64,000 nt of DNA from Dehalococcoidia bacterium (GTDB lineage: Bacteria; Chloroflexota; Dehalococcoidia; GIF9; UBA5629): assembly GCA_034433775.1 (NCBI GenBank), contig DAOUAI010000032.1, forward strand, positions 206-64,205, given 5' to 3'. Below, piece after piece: positions 29,190-38,602 of this stretch. A program made the position numbers and the translations under genes. The notes beneath the pieces were generated by a model. It ran no database searches and was not told where the DNA came from. It saw only the letters and a program-made list of their open reading frames with translations. Within the stretch, counting starts at the first letter, position 1. The number at the start of each line of letters is the position of its first letter.

Positions 29190-31184
29190 TTACCTGCTGA
29201 GCCGCCTGTCGACCTCGCTGATGAGTTCCCAGTCAGCACGAATTCCTTCCGGTGGCCTGACAAGCCGCGTGGTATGTTTAGTTAGGCCATCGATGGTAGT
29301 ATAAGTCCCGCTGACCTCTGTCCAGAGTGGTGACGGCAATACCACGTCTGCTTCGGAGACAACACCAGACATAAAGCTTGCCTGTGCCACGAGGAATTCA
29401 ATACCGCTAGGACGAGCTGCCAATCCAGGCAACTCGGAGCAATCTTCACCTAAGAGTAAGTACAAAGCCTTTATGGAACCGTCTTTGAGTAACTTTGCCA
29501 AACTGAACTCACCACTATTGACCACCTCCGTATTCCAGAGCCCAACGCTATTTCCTCCCGGCTTTAACCACAGCGTCTTCAATGTCCGTCCCCCGTCTCC
29601 AAATAAGCTCGCTAGGCCAAAAAGCAATGCTACCAATCCCGGCTTCTCTTGCTGCAAAAACCCCTGCCCATAGATAACAACACAGCGCTTTGCCTTAGCT
29701 ACCATAGAAGCAGCACTCTTCAGTCCTTCATAATCAAGACCTGCGCGCTCACAAACATCTGCTGGCTTAATGTCCGAAAGCGAAGCAGCAAACTTTTTGT
29801 TCCTGGCCGGGTTGCCGATCACACCTTCGTCAATAATTATTCTAGACAAAGCTTTAATGGCTAACTCTTCCTTACCTTTGTCCGGACACAACCACAACAC
29901 CGCTTGATAAGGAAAACTGTTTCTCACAGCGTCGAAAACAATGAGATTCGCCCCATTTCGCCTGACTGCACGGACAATGAGGGAACCAATCACAGGATGG
30001 GTCTCCAGAGGATCAGCGCCAGCCACAAACAGGCAATCGGCCTCCAATAGTTCCTCGACTGAGCGGAGTTCGAGGTCTTTTAACTCCTTTTTACCATCTG
30101 ATGCTTGCAATGCCTGCCCGACAACCCTGAAATAATCCCCATCCAGGCTATCAAGTCGCTTACTTCCTAGAGAGCCCGTTATAAACTCCTTGAAAGCCCT
30201 GGCAGACTCGTTAGATAATTGGCTCGAAATCAACCCAGCAATACTATTAGCGCCGTGACGTGTCTTCATATCCCGTAACTTGGTAGACACAATCTCTATA
30301 GCCTCCGCCAAGGAACAAGGCTCTAGCTTACCGTTGCTCCGCTTTAGCGGGGTCAGAATGCGTTTGGCAGTTACCTGCGAGAAAGAAAAACGCCCTTTCC
30401 TGCACAGCAGACCACGCGGTTTGGAAAGGTCAGGGCTGTCAATTTTCACTACCCTGTTGTCTTTGATAAATGCCTTAATCTCACAGCCGACACCGCATAT
30501 CGGACAAACACTTGTCACCTGCTCACATTCTGAACTCCTGCCCTTATAAGCGCTGGACTTTGAGAAAATAGCACCGGTGGGACAAACCTGGAAACAAGCC
30601 CCGCAAGAAATGCATGAGGACTCCCCAAGTGGTTGACCCAGGTCAGCCACCACCCTGTCCCGCCAGCCACGGTAACCAAAGTCCAGAATATGGATACCAG
30701 CAAATTCGTCACACGCCCGTATGCAGCGTCCACAAAGAACACATCGGTTATGGTCAACAACCAGATATTTGTTCACCGAGTCCACGGGCAATGATGGCCA
30801 GGAAAGGGGATATCGTAAGTTGTCCATCTGATAGCGATAAGCGAGTGCCTGTAATTCACATTCTCCACTAGCTACACATTGTGCACATAGATGGTTTTTC
30901 TCGGTAAACATCAACTCGAGGATGAGACGACGATATTTCTCCAGTTTTTCAGTATGTGTCTGCACTACCAAACCATCCCGTGCAGGATAAGTACAGGCCG
31001 GCATCACTCGCCTTTCTCCTTCTATTTCCACCAGACAGAGCCTGCAAGCAGCCACATCGCTCAGCCCATCGTAATGACACAGCGTTGGAAGGTCGATATT
31101 ATTCGCCTTGCAAACCTCAAGGATAGTATCACCTTCTTTCCCTTTGACCTGTTTCCCGTTGATGGTTAAAGTAATCTCGTTCAT
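29190..31184 (-). CDS. NuoG/HoxU/FdhA-like subunit: N-terminal 2Fe-2S plus 4Fe-4S domains followed by a partial molybdopterin-oxidoreductase-like domain
   Basis: CxxxxxxxxxxCxxC 2Fe-2S, HLCAQCVASGEC, CVLCGRCIRACDE, CISCGACFQVCP, MopB-type CPICGVGCEI plus RILTPLKR; 664 aa. Confidence 0.8.
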   Translation of the reverse strand: MNEITLTINGKQVKGKEGDTILEVCKANNIDLPTLCHYDGLSDVAACRLCLVEIEGERRVMPACTYPARDGLVVQTHTEKLEKYRRLILELMFTEKNHLCAQCVASGECELQALAYRYQMDNLRYPLSWPSLPVDSVNKYLVVDHNRCVLCGRCIRACDEFAGIHILDFGYRGWRDRVVADLGQPLGESSCISCGACFQVCPTGAIFSKSSAYKGRSSECEQVTSVCPICGVGCEIKAFIKDNRVVKIDSPDLSKPRGLLCRKGRFSFSQVTAKRILTPLKRSNGKLEPCSLAEAIEIVSTKLRDMKTRHGANSIAGLISSQLSNESARAFKEFITGSLGSKRLDSLDGDYFRVVGQALQASDGKKELKDLELRSVEELLEADCLFVAGADPLETHPVIGSLIVRAVRRNGANLIVFDAVRNSFPYQAVLWLCPDKGKEELAIKALSRIIIDEGVIGNPARNKKFAASLSDIKPADVCERAGLDYEGLKSAASMVAKAKRCVVIYGQGFLQQEKPGLVALLFGLASLFGDGGRTLKTLWLKPGGNSVGLWNTEVVNSGEFSLAKLLKDGSIKALYLLLGEDCSELPGLAARPSGIEFLVAQASFMSGVVSEADVVLPSPLWTEVSGTYTTIDGLTKHTTRLVRPPEGIRADWELISEVDRRLSR

Positions 31185-31186
31185 CC

Positions 31187-34100
31187 TTATTCTCCTACCT
31201 CAAGGTCGCATCTCAGGCACCTTTTAGCTTCCCTTCTGGCTTCTTCTTCTGTAAGAGGCAGTTCTATCTCTTCAAAGCTCTGCCGCCTTTTCTCTACGGG
31301 AAGCGTTGGTGCCTCTCGCCGGGGTTGTTCTTTCCATATTTCTTTAGCCACATCAATAGGCAACTCTTCAGCAATCTCAACTTTACGTTTAAGCTCGTGC
31401 AACTCCACTCTAGATGTATCTCCCCTGAGATACTTGTCTATAGCTATAGCCGCCCTCCTCCCGTCAGCAATAGCATATATTACCATGTCAGGACCCCTGA
31501 CAAAGTCACCGCCAGCGAAAATGCCAGGGACATTAGTAGCTAAAGTGTTGGAGTCGATTCGAAGTCGATCCCACTCTGTTCTTTCCAGGCGGCTATCCGG
31601 GGGCAAGAAAGAGAGGTCTGGCGCTTGCCCCACAGCAGCAATTACTGCGTCTGCCTCCACCACGAAATCAGAGCCCGGGATAGGTGCTGGCCTGCGTCTA
31701 CCGCTTGCATCGATATCTCCCAACTCCATGCGAACGCACCGCAAACCTGTGACCTTCCAGTTCTCACTCAAAATCCGCACTGGGTTGACTAAGAAGTTCA
31801 TCTTAACCCCCTCAGCCACTGCCCCCTCATATTCCACCTCGGACACTGGCATCTCCTCTCGAGTGCGGCGGTAATAGATGTTCACCTCTTCTGCCCCGAG
31901 TCTTAGCGCAGCACGTGCTGAATCTATAGCCACATTACCGCCACCGATAACAGCTACTCTCCGCTCGATCTTCGTCTGCCTACCAATTTTGACATCACGC
32001 AAAAAAGTGAGGCCATAATAAAGACCGGTCAGTCCCTCCACCTCGCCAGGAATCCCTATCCGCTGGCTTTTTTGTGCTCCTGCGGCGATAAAAACCGCAT
32101 CGTAGCCACTTTGCAGAAGGTGCCTCACACGGAAATTCTCGTTTATCGGTGTGCTATACCTGATCTCCACCCCCCGCTTTGCAATGTACTCGATTTCCTG
32201 TTCGATAACTTTACGCGGTAAGCGGAACTCCGGGATGGCTACAGCAAGCATCCCACCACCCACTGGAAGCGCTTCAAACACCGTCACACCATATCCCATC
32301 TGCGCCAAGAAATAGGCACAGCTAAGACCTGTTGGACCAGCCCCGACCACAGCCACCTTCTGAGGCTTAGTCCTGGGAAAAGGCTGAGGTGGGGGCACTT
32401 TATCGAGATTATCAAAATACCAATCGGCAGCAAATCGCTTGAGTGCCCGAATAGCCATAGGTTCATCAATATCTTTTCGCCGGCACTTGTATTCGCATGG
32501 ATGATGGCAGATTCGCCCACATATTGCTGGGAATGGGTTGCGTTCTCTGATAGTCTCCACCGCCTCCAAATACTCCCCGGCAGCAATATGAGCAATATAT
32601 TTCGGGATATTAATGCCCACCGGGCAAGTATGCTGACAAGGTGACGGAAATAACGCCTGACATACTGCAGCCGGGCACCGCTTGTCCATGATATGGGCTT
32701 CGTACTCCTCCCTGAAATGTCGCACAGTAGTCAGCACAGGATTAGGCGAAGTCTGCCCGAGTCCACAAAGTGAGCAGGAGCTTACCATCTCAGCAAGTTC
32801 TTCGATGGTGCTCAAGTCTTCCATCGTTCCCTCGCCGTTCGTTATCTTGGTCAGTAATTCTAGCATCTTAGGTATCCCTGCCCGACAGGGAGTGCACTTA
32901 CCGCACGACTCGTCTCTGGTGAACTGGAGGAAAAACTTAGCCACATCAACCATACAGCTATCTTCGTCCATTACCACCAGACCTCCAGACCCCATAATCG
33001 CGCCGAGACTGGTGATAGACTCATAGTCTACAGGTGTGTTAATATGCTGAGTAGGAATAACACCACCAGAAGGCCCCCCCATCTGCACCGCCTTAAATCT
33101 CTTGCCTTCTGGTATGCCACCGCCGATATCAAAGATTATTCTTCCCAACCTCGTCCCCAGAGGGACTTCAACCAGCCCGGTGTTGTTTATTTTTCCTACT
33201 AGACAAAGTACCTTCGTGCCCTTACTTCTTTCCGTACCCACAGCTGAAAACCAGTCTGCTCCCTTCCAGATGATTTGCGGCACGTTTGACCAGGTCTCTA
33301 CATTATTAATAGTGGTCGGCTTACCAAAAAGTCCTTTGTTCGCAGGAAACGGCGGACGCTGCCGTGGGTTGCCACGCCTACCCTCAATAGATATTAAAAG
33401 TGCTGTTTCTTCACCACAGACAAAAGCCCCCGCCCCAGGGAAAATATCAAGGTCAAATTCAAATCCTGTGCCCAGTATATTTTTCCCCAGTAACCCATGT
33501 TCTCGGGCCTGCTCAATAGCATGTCGTAACGTTTCAATAGCTAAAGGATACTCAGCTCGTATATAGGCATACCCTTGGCGCACATTACCGATAGCGTAAG
33601 CACCTATTGTCATTCCCTCGATTATGGAGTGCGGATTGCCCTCCAAAACGGCACGGTTCATATACGCCCCGGGGTCACCTTCGTCGCCGTTACATACCAC
33701 AAATTTCTCATCCCCAGGCGCGTTGCGAACAAACCCCCACTTAGTAGCTGCAGGGAATCCAGCACCACCACGCCCCCTTAAACCGGACTTCCGAACCTCA
33801 TCCAGGACTTCATCAGGGGACATTTGCGTTAATACCTTAGCCAACGCCTGGTAGCCATCCCTGGCAATATATTCCTCGATATCCATCGGGTCAATATCCT
33901 GATTATGCATTATCCTTATCTCTTGAAATCCAAAAGGGGGAGACTCAGTATCCAGCACCCATTCTGCTACCGGTGTCCCTTTGATAAGATGCTGGTCAAC
34001 AATGCGCTGCACTTTATCCTCAGAGAGGTCAGCGTAGATAAATCTCCTCTTATTTCCAGGCTCAATAACAGTAATTACAGGTTCACGCCCGCATAGTCCA

Positions 34101-34315
34101 ATGCAGCTTGCCTTTAACACAACTACATCAGACAACTTCCGAGATGCTATCTCGCGCTCGAGAGCCGCCAGTATCCGGTTTGCCCCTGAGGATATACCAC
34201 ATGTACCTAGATGCACTCTGACCTGTATCTTCTTTTCCCGCTCTGCAACTTTAGCCTGAGCCTGTTCCTTCCAGCTTGAAAGCTCTTTCACTGACGCAAG
34301 TGGCTTTACAATCAT
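31187..34315 (-). CDS. fusion of NuoF/HoxF-like NADH-binding FMN/[4Fe-4S] subunit (with N-terminal thioredoxin-like 2Fe-2S domain) and a C-terminal GltD-like NAD(P)H:FAD oxidoreductase
   Basis: GRGGAGFPAATKWGF and ESCGKCTPCR (NuoF core); extra clusters CSLCGLG, CPAAVCQALFPSPCQHTCP, CGRICHHPCEYKC; VAVVGAGPTGLSCAYFLAQMGY plus VAVIGGGNVAIDSAR dinucleotide folds; 1042 aa. Confidence 0.8.
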   Translation of the reverse strand: MIVKPLASVKELSSWKEQAQAKVAEREKKIQVRVHLGTCGISSGANRILAALEREIASRKLSDVVVLKASCIGLCGREPVITVIEPGNKRRFIYADLSEDKVQRIVDQHLIKGTPVAEWVLDTESPPFGFQEIRIMHNQDIDPMDIEEYIARDGYQALAKVLTQMSPDEVLDEVRKSGLRGRGGAGFPAATKWGFVRNAPGDEKFVVCNGDEGDPGAYMNRAVLEGNPHSIIEGMTIGAYAIGNVRQGYAYIRAEYPLAIETLRHAIEQAREHGLLGKNILGTGFEFDLDIFPGAGAFVCGEETALLISIEGRRGNPRQRPPFPANKGLFGKPTTINNVETWSNVPQIIWKGADWFSAVGTERSKGTKVLCLVGKINNTGLVEVPLGTRLGRIIFDIGGGIPEGKRFKAVQMGGPSGGVIPTQHINTPVDYESITSLGAIMGSGGLVVMDEDSCMVDVAKFFLQFTRDESCGKCTPCRAGIPKMLELLTKITNGEGTMEDLSTIEELAEMVSSCSLCGLGQTSPNPVLTTVRHFREEYEAHIMDKRCPAAVCQALFPSPCQHTCPVGINIPKYIAHIAAGEYLEAVETIRERNPFPAICGRICHHPCEYKCRRKDIDEPMAIRALKRFAADWYFDNLDKVPPPQPFPRTKPQKVAVVGAGPTGLSCAYFLAQMGYGVTVFEALPVGGGMLAVAIPEFRLPRKVIEQEIEYIAKRGVEIRYSTPINENFRVRHLLQSGYDAVFIAAGAQKSQRIGIPGEVEGLTGLYYGLTFLRDVKIGRQTKIERRVAVIGGGNVAIDSARAALRLGAEEVNIYYRRTREEMPVSEVEYEGAVAEGVKMNFLVNPVRILSENWKVTGLRCVRMELGDIDASGRRRPAPIPGSDFVVEADAVIAAVGQAPDLSFLPPDSRLERTEWDRLRIDSNTLATNVPGIFAGGDFVRGPDMVIYAIADGRRAAIAIDKYLRGDTSRVELHELKRKVEIAEELPIDVAKEIWKEQPRREAPTLPVEKRRQSFEEIELPLTEEEARREAKRCLRCDLEVGE

Positions 34316-34332
34316 CTTGTCCCCCTAATCAC

Positions 34333-34872
34333 CTAACTATAGGAATCTAGGATTTCTTTTAATTTGCTTGGCTTCACTTTTCTATGCACATCATGCCCAA
34401 TGGCTATCACCGGCGACAAACCACAGCAACCGAGACATCTGACCGTTTCCAATGAAAACTTACCATCAGGGGTAATACCCTTGGGCTCCAGACCATAGTC
34501 CTTCTTTAATGCCTTCAAAATCCTCTCGGACCCCTTAACATAGCAACTCGTCCCCGTACAGACTTGAATAACATGTTTACCCTTTGGCACAAGAGAGAAA
34601 AAGTGGTAAAAACTGACTATACCATAGACCTCACTCAAGGGCACTTTCATCTCAGCCGAGACCACTCGTAACACTTCAGGCGGTAAATAACCTACAATCC
34701 CCTGCACCTGCTGCAATACCCGTATTATAGCCCCCGCCTTCCCAGCATTTTCATCTACCACCTTAAGTATCCGCTGCAAAACCTCTCGGTTAATACCCTC
34801 CGCTGTTTTTGTTGCCGTAGCAGTACCTGTTTGCTGCACAGTTGCCCCCTTTGATATTTGAGTATGATTCAA
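34333..34872 (-). CDS. NuoE/HoxE-like thioredoxin-fold [2Fe-2S] subunit
   Basis: VCTGTSCYVKG...CLGCCGLSP 2Fe-2S ligand pattern of the 24-kDa subunit family. Confidence 0.85.
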   Translation of the reverse strand: MNHTQISKGATVQQTGTATATKTAEGINREVLQRILKVVDENAGKAGAIIRVLQQVQGIVGYLPPEVLRVVSAEMKVPLSEVYGIVSFYHFFSLVPKGKHVIQVCTGTSCYVKGSERILKALKKDYGLEPKGITPDGKFSLETVRCLGCCGLSPVIAIGHDVHRKVKPSKLKEILDSYS

Positions 34873-35240
34873 ACTTCCTGCAAGATTATGTCATATTAGC
34901 ACTCAAGCCAGTAACCGCAAAACCTCTCCTTATAAAGTATCCCTGAACTAACACATTGCTTACATCGTACTTTTTGCCTAGATTCAAACCGGACTTTCAG
35001 CCACAGCCAAACATATTGCCACCTGTAACTGTGCCATGGCTCGTACACTGTACATTTTATCATATACAAGCATCTTATAAAGGTAAAAGATGTCCTGCCC
35101 TCAAAAGCACAACGCAACCCGTTAGTTTTAACTGAGGCAAATTGACCATAGCAATACTGATGGATTAAACAGCAATAGAACAACCAAAGCCCTTGAGGGA
35201 AAACGCATTAAAACATCGAGAACAAAAAGATAGAACACAG

Positions 35241-35313
35241 TAGGCCGTGCAGGAATCGAACCTGCGACACCCTGATTAAAAGTCAGGTGCTCTACCGACT
35301 GAGCTAACGGCCC
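35241..35313 (-). tRNA. tRNA-Lys(TTT)
   Basis: Hand-folded: acceptor GGGCCGT, anticodon loop CTTTTAA, T-loop TTCGATT; no encoded CCA. Confidence 0.85.
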
Positions 35314-35396
35314 ATCAGTCTATGCACATTATAGCAACCACAGCTAGTTAGAACAAAGATGGAAACTGCAGAAAACTGCCCCCTAACGAAGAGACG

Positions 35397-35693
35397 CTAT
35401 TTACTAGGCTCTTCTCCGGACTCCTCTGCGGAAAGAATAGTATGGATATACTGCGCCAGAGCCGGGTGTATATCACAGATGAAACCATCCCGGGTCGCTT
35501 CTACCGAGAAGGTCAACCTCCCAGGCTTTCGTGGTGAGTTATCGAACTTGTGCAACCCGGAATCGTCCCACGGCATCTCTTTGCCCAACACCTCCAGCAT
35601 GCCTCTTACATCGCGAGGCTGTTGAAGTACCACCTCGAAGCGTAATTGCTTAGCTAAAAGGTTAAGTTGGTCCGTTCTTAATTTTATCCTCAT
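35397..35693 (-). CDS. hypothetical protein (98 aa)
   Basis: ORF co-oriented with flanking minus-strand genes; a plus-strand 88-aa ORF overlaps it; no family recognised. Confidence 0.35.
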   Translation of the reverse strand: MRIKLRTDQLNLLAKQLRFEVVLQQPRDVRGMLEVLGKEMPWDDSGLHKFDNSPRKPGRLTFSVEATRDGFICDIHPALAQYIHTILSAEESGEEPSK

Positions 35694-35858
35694 AGCTTGG
35701 CCTTTACTCCTAATATTAGAACCTTCTTACTGTCACCCCAAATTAATCTCTATTGTCCAATGGGACGTGAGAAAGTTTACCACTTTCGCCACCCTCAAAT
35801 CAATAATCACACCGGACACATGGTCCCAGCGTTTCATAATCACTATACAAGCCCGAGT

Positions 35859-36584
35859 TCATACGCTGAGAAATTGAGCAAGGGATATTGCATTGTAGAC
35901 TGCATAGGCTTGCGCGTCGTTATTAAAGTAAACATATACCGCCCTCAGGTCCCTACCTATCTCGTTAATCTTTGCCGCCCATGCTCTTAGTTCTTCGTCG
36001 CTATAACAGCTCCAGTACAACCCTCTGCTACCGTGAAAACGAAAATAGGCAAAATCGGCTGTAGCCACGACCGGGCAAGTAAAACCGGGCATATCAAAGA
36101 CACATAGTCCAACATTGTACTGTCTCAAAATAGCAAAAATTTTACTATCAAGCCAGGACTCGTTACGGAATTCAAATGTATGCTGGTAACCAGAAGGTAA
36201 AGCCTCCAGGAAAGCTCTCAGGACACTTTCATTGCGCTTCATGCCTGGTGGTAGCTGGTATAAGAGTGGCCCCAGCTTATTACGTAAAAAACCAGCATGA
36301 TCCAAAAAAGTCCGCAGTGGCTCTTCAGCGTTCCTCAGCCTCTTTATGTGCGTGATAAAACGGTTGACTTTCACAGCAAAAACAAAGTCCGGGGGCGAAG
36401 CTTCATACCAACTTGTAAAAGCCCGCTCGGAGGGTAGCCGGTAAAAACTGTTGTTGAGTTCTACTGTCTTAAAGTGCTGTGAATAGAATTCTAACCATTT
36501 CGTCTTGGTAAGTCCCTCAGGGTAAAAAAGCTCCCGCCAGTGATCGTAGTGCCAGCCACTGGTGCCGATAAGATACACAGCCAT
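35859..36584 (-). CDS. DUF72 (UPF0759, YecE-like) family protein
   Basis: IGTSGWHYDHW start and overall DUF72 length and pattern. Confidence 0.75.
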   Translation of the reverse strand: MAVYLIGTSGWHYDHWRELFYPEGLTKTKWLEFYSQHFKTVELNNSFYRLPSERAFTSWYEASPPDFVFAVKVNRFITHIKRLRNAEEPLRTFLDHAGFLRNKLGPLLYQLPPGMKRNESVLRAFLEALPSGYQHTFEFRNESWLDSKIFAILRQYNVGLCVFDMPGFTCPVVATADFAYFRFHGSRGLYWSCYSDEELRAWAAKINEIGRDLRAVYVYFNNDAQAYAVYNAISLAQFLSV

Positions 36585-36730
36585 CCTCGCCCCCCTCTGT
36601 AAACTATATAAAATTTATGAGTACTACCTTCTCCACCTTTCAAGCTGTGTCTTCCCCCCTTTCTAGGCAGAGACAGGCTCGAATTGGAAATGTCACTGGA
36701 TTACCTAAATGCAAATTTGTTTGACAAAAC

Positions 36731-37507
36731 TCATAGTTGTGATAGATCGAATTTCATGCCATCACGCGCTGCAATGACCCTTGTACCAGTTTTCTCACTC
36801 AATTCTCGTGCTATTTCCCAAGGCTTCGACCTCCATATAGACATGCCAAAATGCGTCAATATCGCCACTTTTGGCTTTACCTCGTCGATGATTTTTTTGG
36901 CTTCTGGAATAGCTAGATGGTCAACGCCCTCCCTGGGCTCGAGCATGACCACATTCATCACCAGCAGTTCACCACGGTAATAATCAGCCAAGCCCTCAAA
37001 ATACTTGGTATCGGTGATCCAGGCAATAGTATGCTTGGGAGTATTGAAAACAAAGCCGTAAGTTTCCACAGGGTGTTTATGCCGTATAGGGGTAGAAAAA
37101 GACACATCTCCTACTGTATAATGCCCGCCTTCCTTCAAAATTTCTATTCTTTCAGGGTAATCATGCGTGTACGGAAAGACCACAGCCCCCTCACCAAAAG
37201 CATCGGCAGGTGCAAACAAGACTCCCTTGTGTTTGAAACCACCCTCAGTCATCGCCTCGATCATGATATTGATGTCGCCGGAATGGTCGATATGTTTGTG
37301 TGACAGGATAATAGCCTGAAGATGAGCAGCATCCAGCTTCTTCTTAGCACTATACACAAGGCATCCGGGACCAGGGTCTAAAAGCAATTCGGTACCACCG
37401 AAGCTAAGCCAAGTACCACCAGAGGCTAGCAACTGTCTGGTGACCACAAACCGAGCACCAGCAGTACCCAAGAAAATTATGGAATCATCGAAATTCGGCA
37501 CCGTCAT
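36731..37507 (-). CDS. MBL-fold metallo-hydrolase
   Basis: SHKHIDHSGD (HxHxDH) zinc motif, downstream His/Asp ligands. Confidence 0.8.
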   Translation of the reverse strand: MTVPNFDDSIIFLGTAGARFVVTRQLLASGGTWLSFGGTELLLDPGPGCLVYSAKKKLDAAHLQAIILSHKHIDHSGDINIMIEAMTEGGFKHKGVLFAPADAFGEGAVVFPYTHDYPERIEILKEGGHYTVGDVSFSTPIRHKHPVETYGFVFNTPKHTIAWITDTKYFEGLADYYRGELLVMNVVMLEPREGVDHLAIPEAKKIIDEVKPKVAILTHFGMSIWRSKPWEIARELSEKTGTRVIAARDGMKFDLSQL

Positions 37508-37574
37508 AATTATACCAAGTTATAGCTAGCCCTTTTAATTGTATTTTGCTAAAATTTCGCCTAAAGTACCAATT

Positions 37575-38495
37575 ATGAAAGACCTGCAAACCGATATCGC
37601 TAAACTCATTAGAGAGTATTACGATAAGACCAGCAACCTTCTGACCATAGGCACAGTGGAATCTGCCACAGGGGGAAGGATCGGGGACAAAATAACTAAT
37701 GTTGCTGGTAGTTCCGATTATTACAAAGGTTCCATCGTTGCTTATAGCAACGAGATAAAAGCTAGAATCGTGGGGGTGAAAAAGGAGACATTGAGAAAGC
37801 ATGGTGCTGTAAGTCGTGAGACCGCCCAGGAAATGGCAGAAGGTGGCAGAAAACTCCTCAGGGTAGATATTTGTGTATCAGATACAGGAATCGCTGGACC
37901 TGCTGGTGCCACTCCAGAAAAACCCGTAGGGCTTTTCTATATCGGGCTTTCAGCTAAAGACGCCACATGGGTCAGAGAATACCGCTTCCCGGGCGACCGC
38001 GAGGAGAATAAACAAAAAGCTGCTGAAGCAACATTGGAGCTATTAAAAGAATACTTACAAACCCGCCTCAAGGGAACGTCGGAGACCCCTCTCGAAGAAA
38101 AACATGTGGTCACTTGCTTTTTAGAACATAAAGGCAAAATCCTGCTCCTGAGGCGAAGCGCCAAGGTGAGCACATACCGTCGGAGTTGGGCTGGCGTCAG
38201 CGGCTATATAGAAACAAACGATATAGACCAGGCATATACCGAAATAAGTGAAGAAACAGAACTTTACAAGAACGATCTGAAACTTGTCCGCAAAGGGGAG
38301 CCCATCGAGGTCATCGATCAAAACCTGAACAGAAGATGGATTGTGCACCCATTCCTCTTCCACGTCAAGAACCCTGATAAAATCAAAATCGACTGGGAAC
38401 ATACGGAACTCAGATGGATTAAACCCGGCGAACTAAGAAAATACCACACTGTTCCCGGGTTGAAGGAGGCACTTGACCGCGTATATAAGCGATAG
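37575..38495 (+). CDS. fusion of CinA-C/PncC-like NMN deamidase domain and a C-terminal NUDIX hydrolase domain
   Basis: TVESATGGRIGDKITNVAGSSDYY (PncC signature) then a NUDIX box region (GYIETNDIDQAYTEISEETEL); ATG 37575 chosen by spacing to the ESATGG motif. Confidence 0.75.
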   Translation: MKDLQTDIAKLIREYYDKTSNLLTIGTVESATGGRIGDKITNVAGSSDYYKGSIVAYSNEIKARIVGVKKETLRKHGAVSRETAQEMAEGGRKLLRVDICVSDTGIAGPAGATPEKPVGLFYIGLSAKDATWVREYRFPGDREENKQKAAEATLELLKEYLQTRLKGTSETPLEEKHVVTCFLEHKGKILLLRRSAKVSTYRRSWAGVSGYIETNDIDQAYTEISEETELYKNDLKLVRKGEPIEVIDQNLNRRWIVHPFLFHVKNPDKIKIDWEHTELRWIKPGELRKYHTVPGLKEALDRVYKR

Positions 38496-38602
38496 GCAGA
38501 TACTAAGACTAAGAAAAGGCTTCGTCTGCGCGCCTCCGAATACACAAGCCATGCTAAGTCTAAAACCTTGTCATCTCAAATATAGAAGGAAATTTTGCAA
38601 AG

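Noticed and set aside
34896-35183. 95-aa Cys/Trp/Tyr-rich ORF upstream of the NuoE-like gene
   Set aside because: Lies in the leader and promoter region of hydrogenase operon A, has no RBS and an odd composition. It is probably non-coding.
35359-35625. 88-aa plus-strand ORF
   Set aside because: Overlaps the co-oriented minus-strand 98-aa ORF almost completely. Neighbouring genes are all minus-strand, so the minus ORF was kept, at low confidence.
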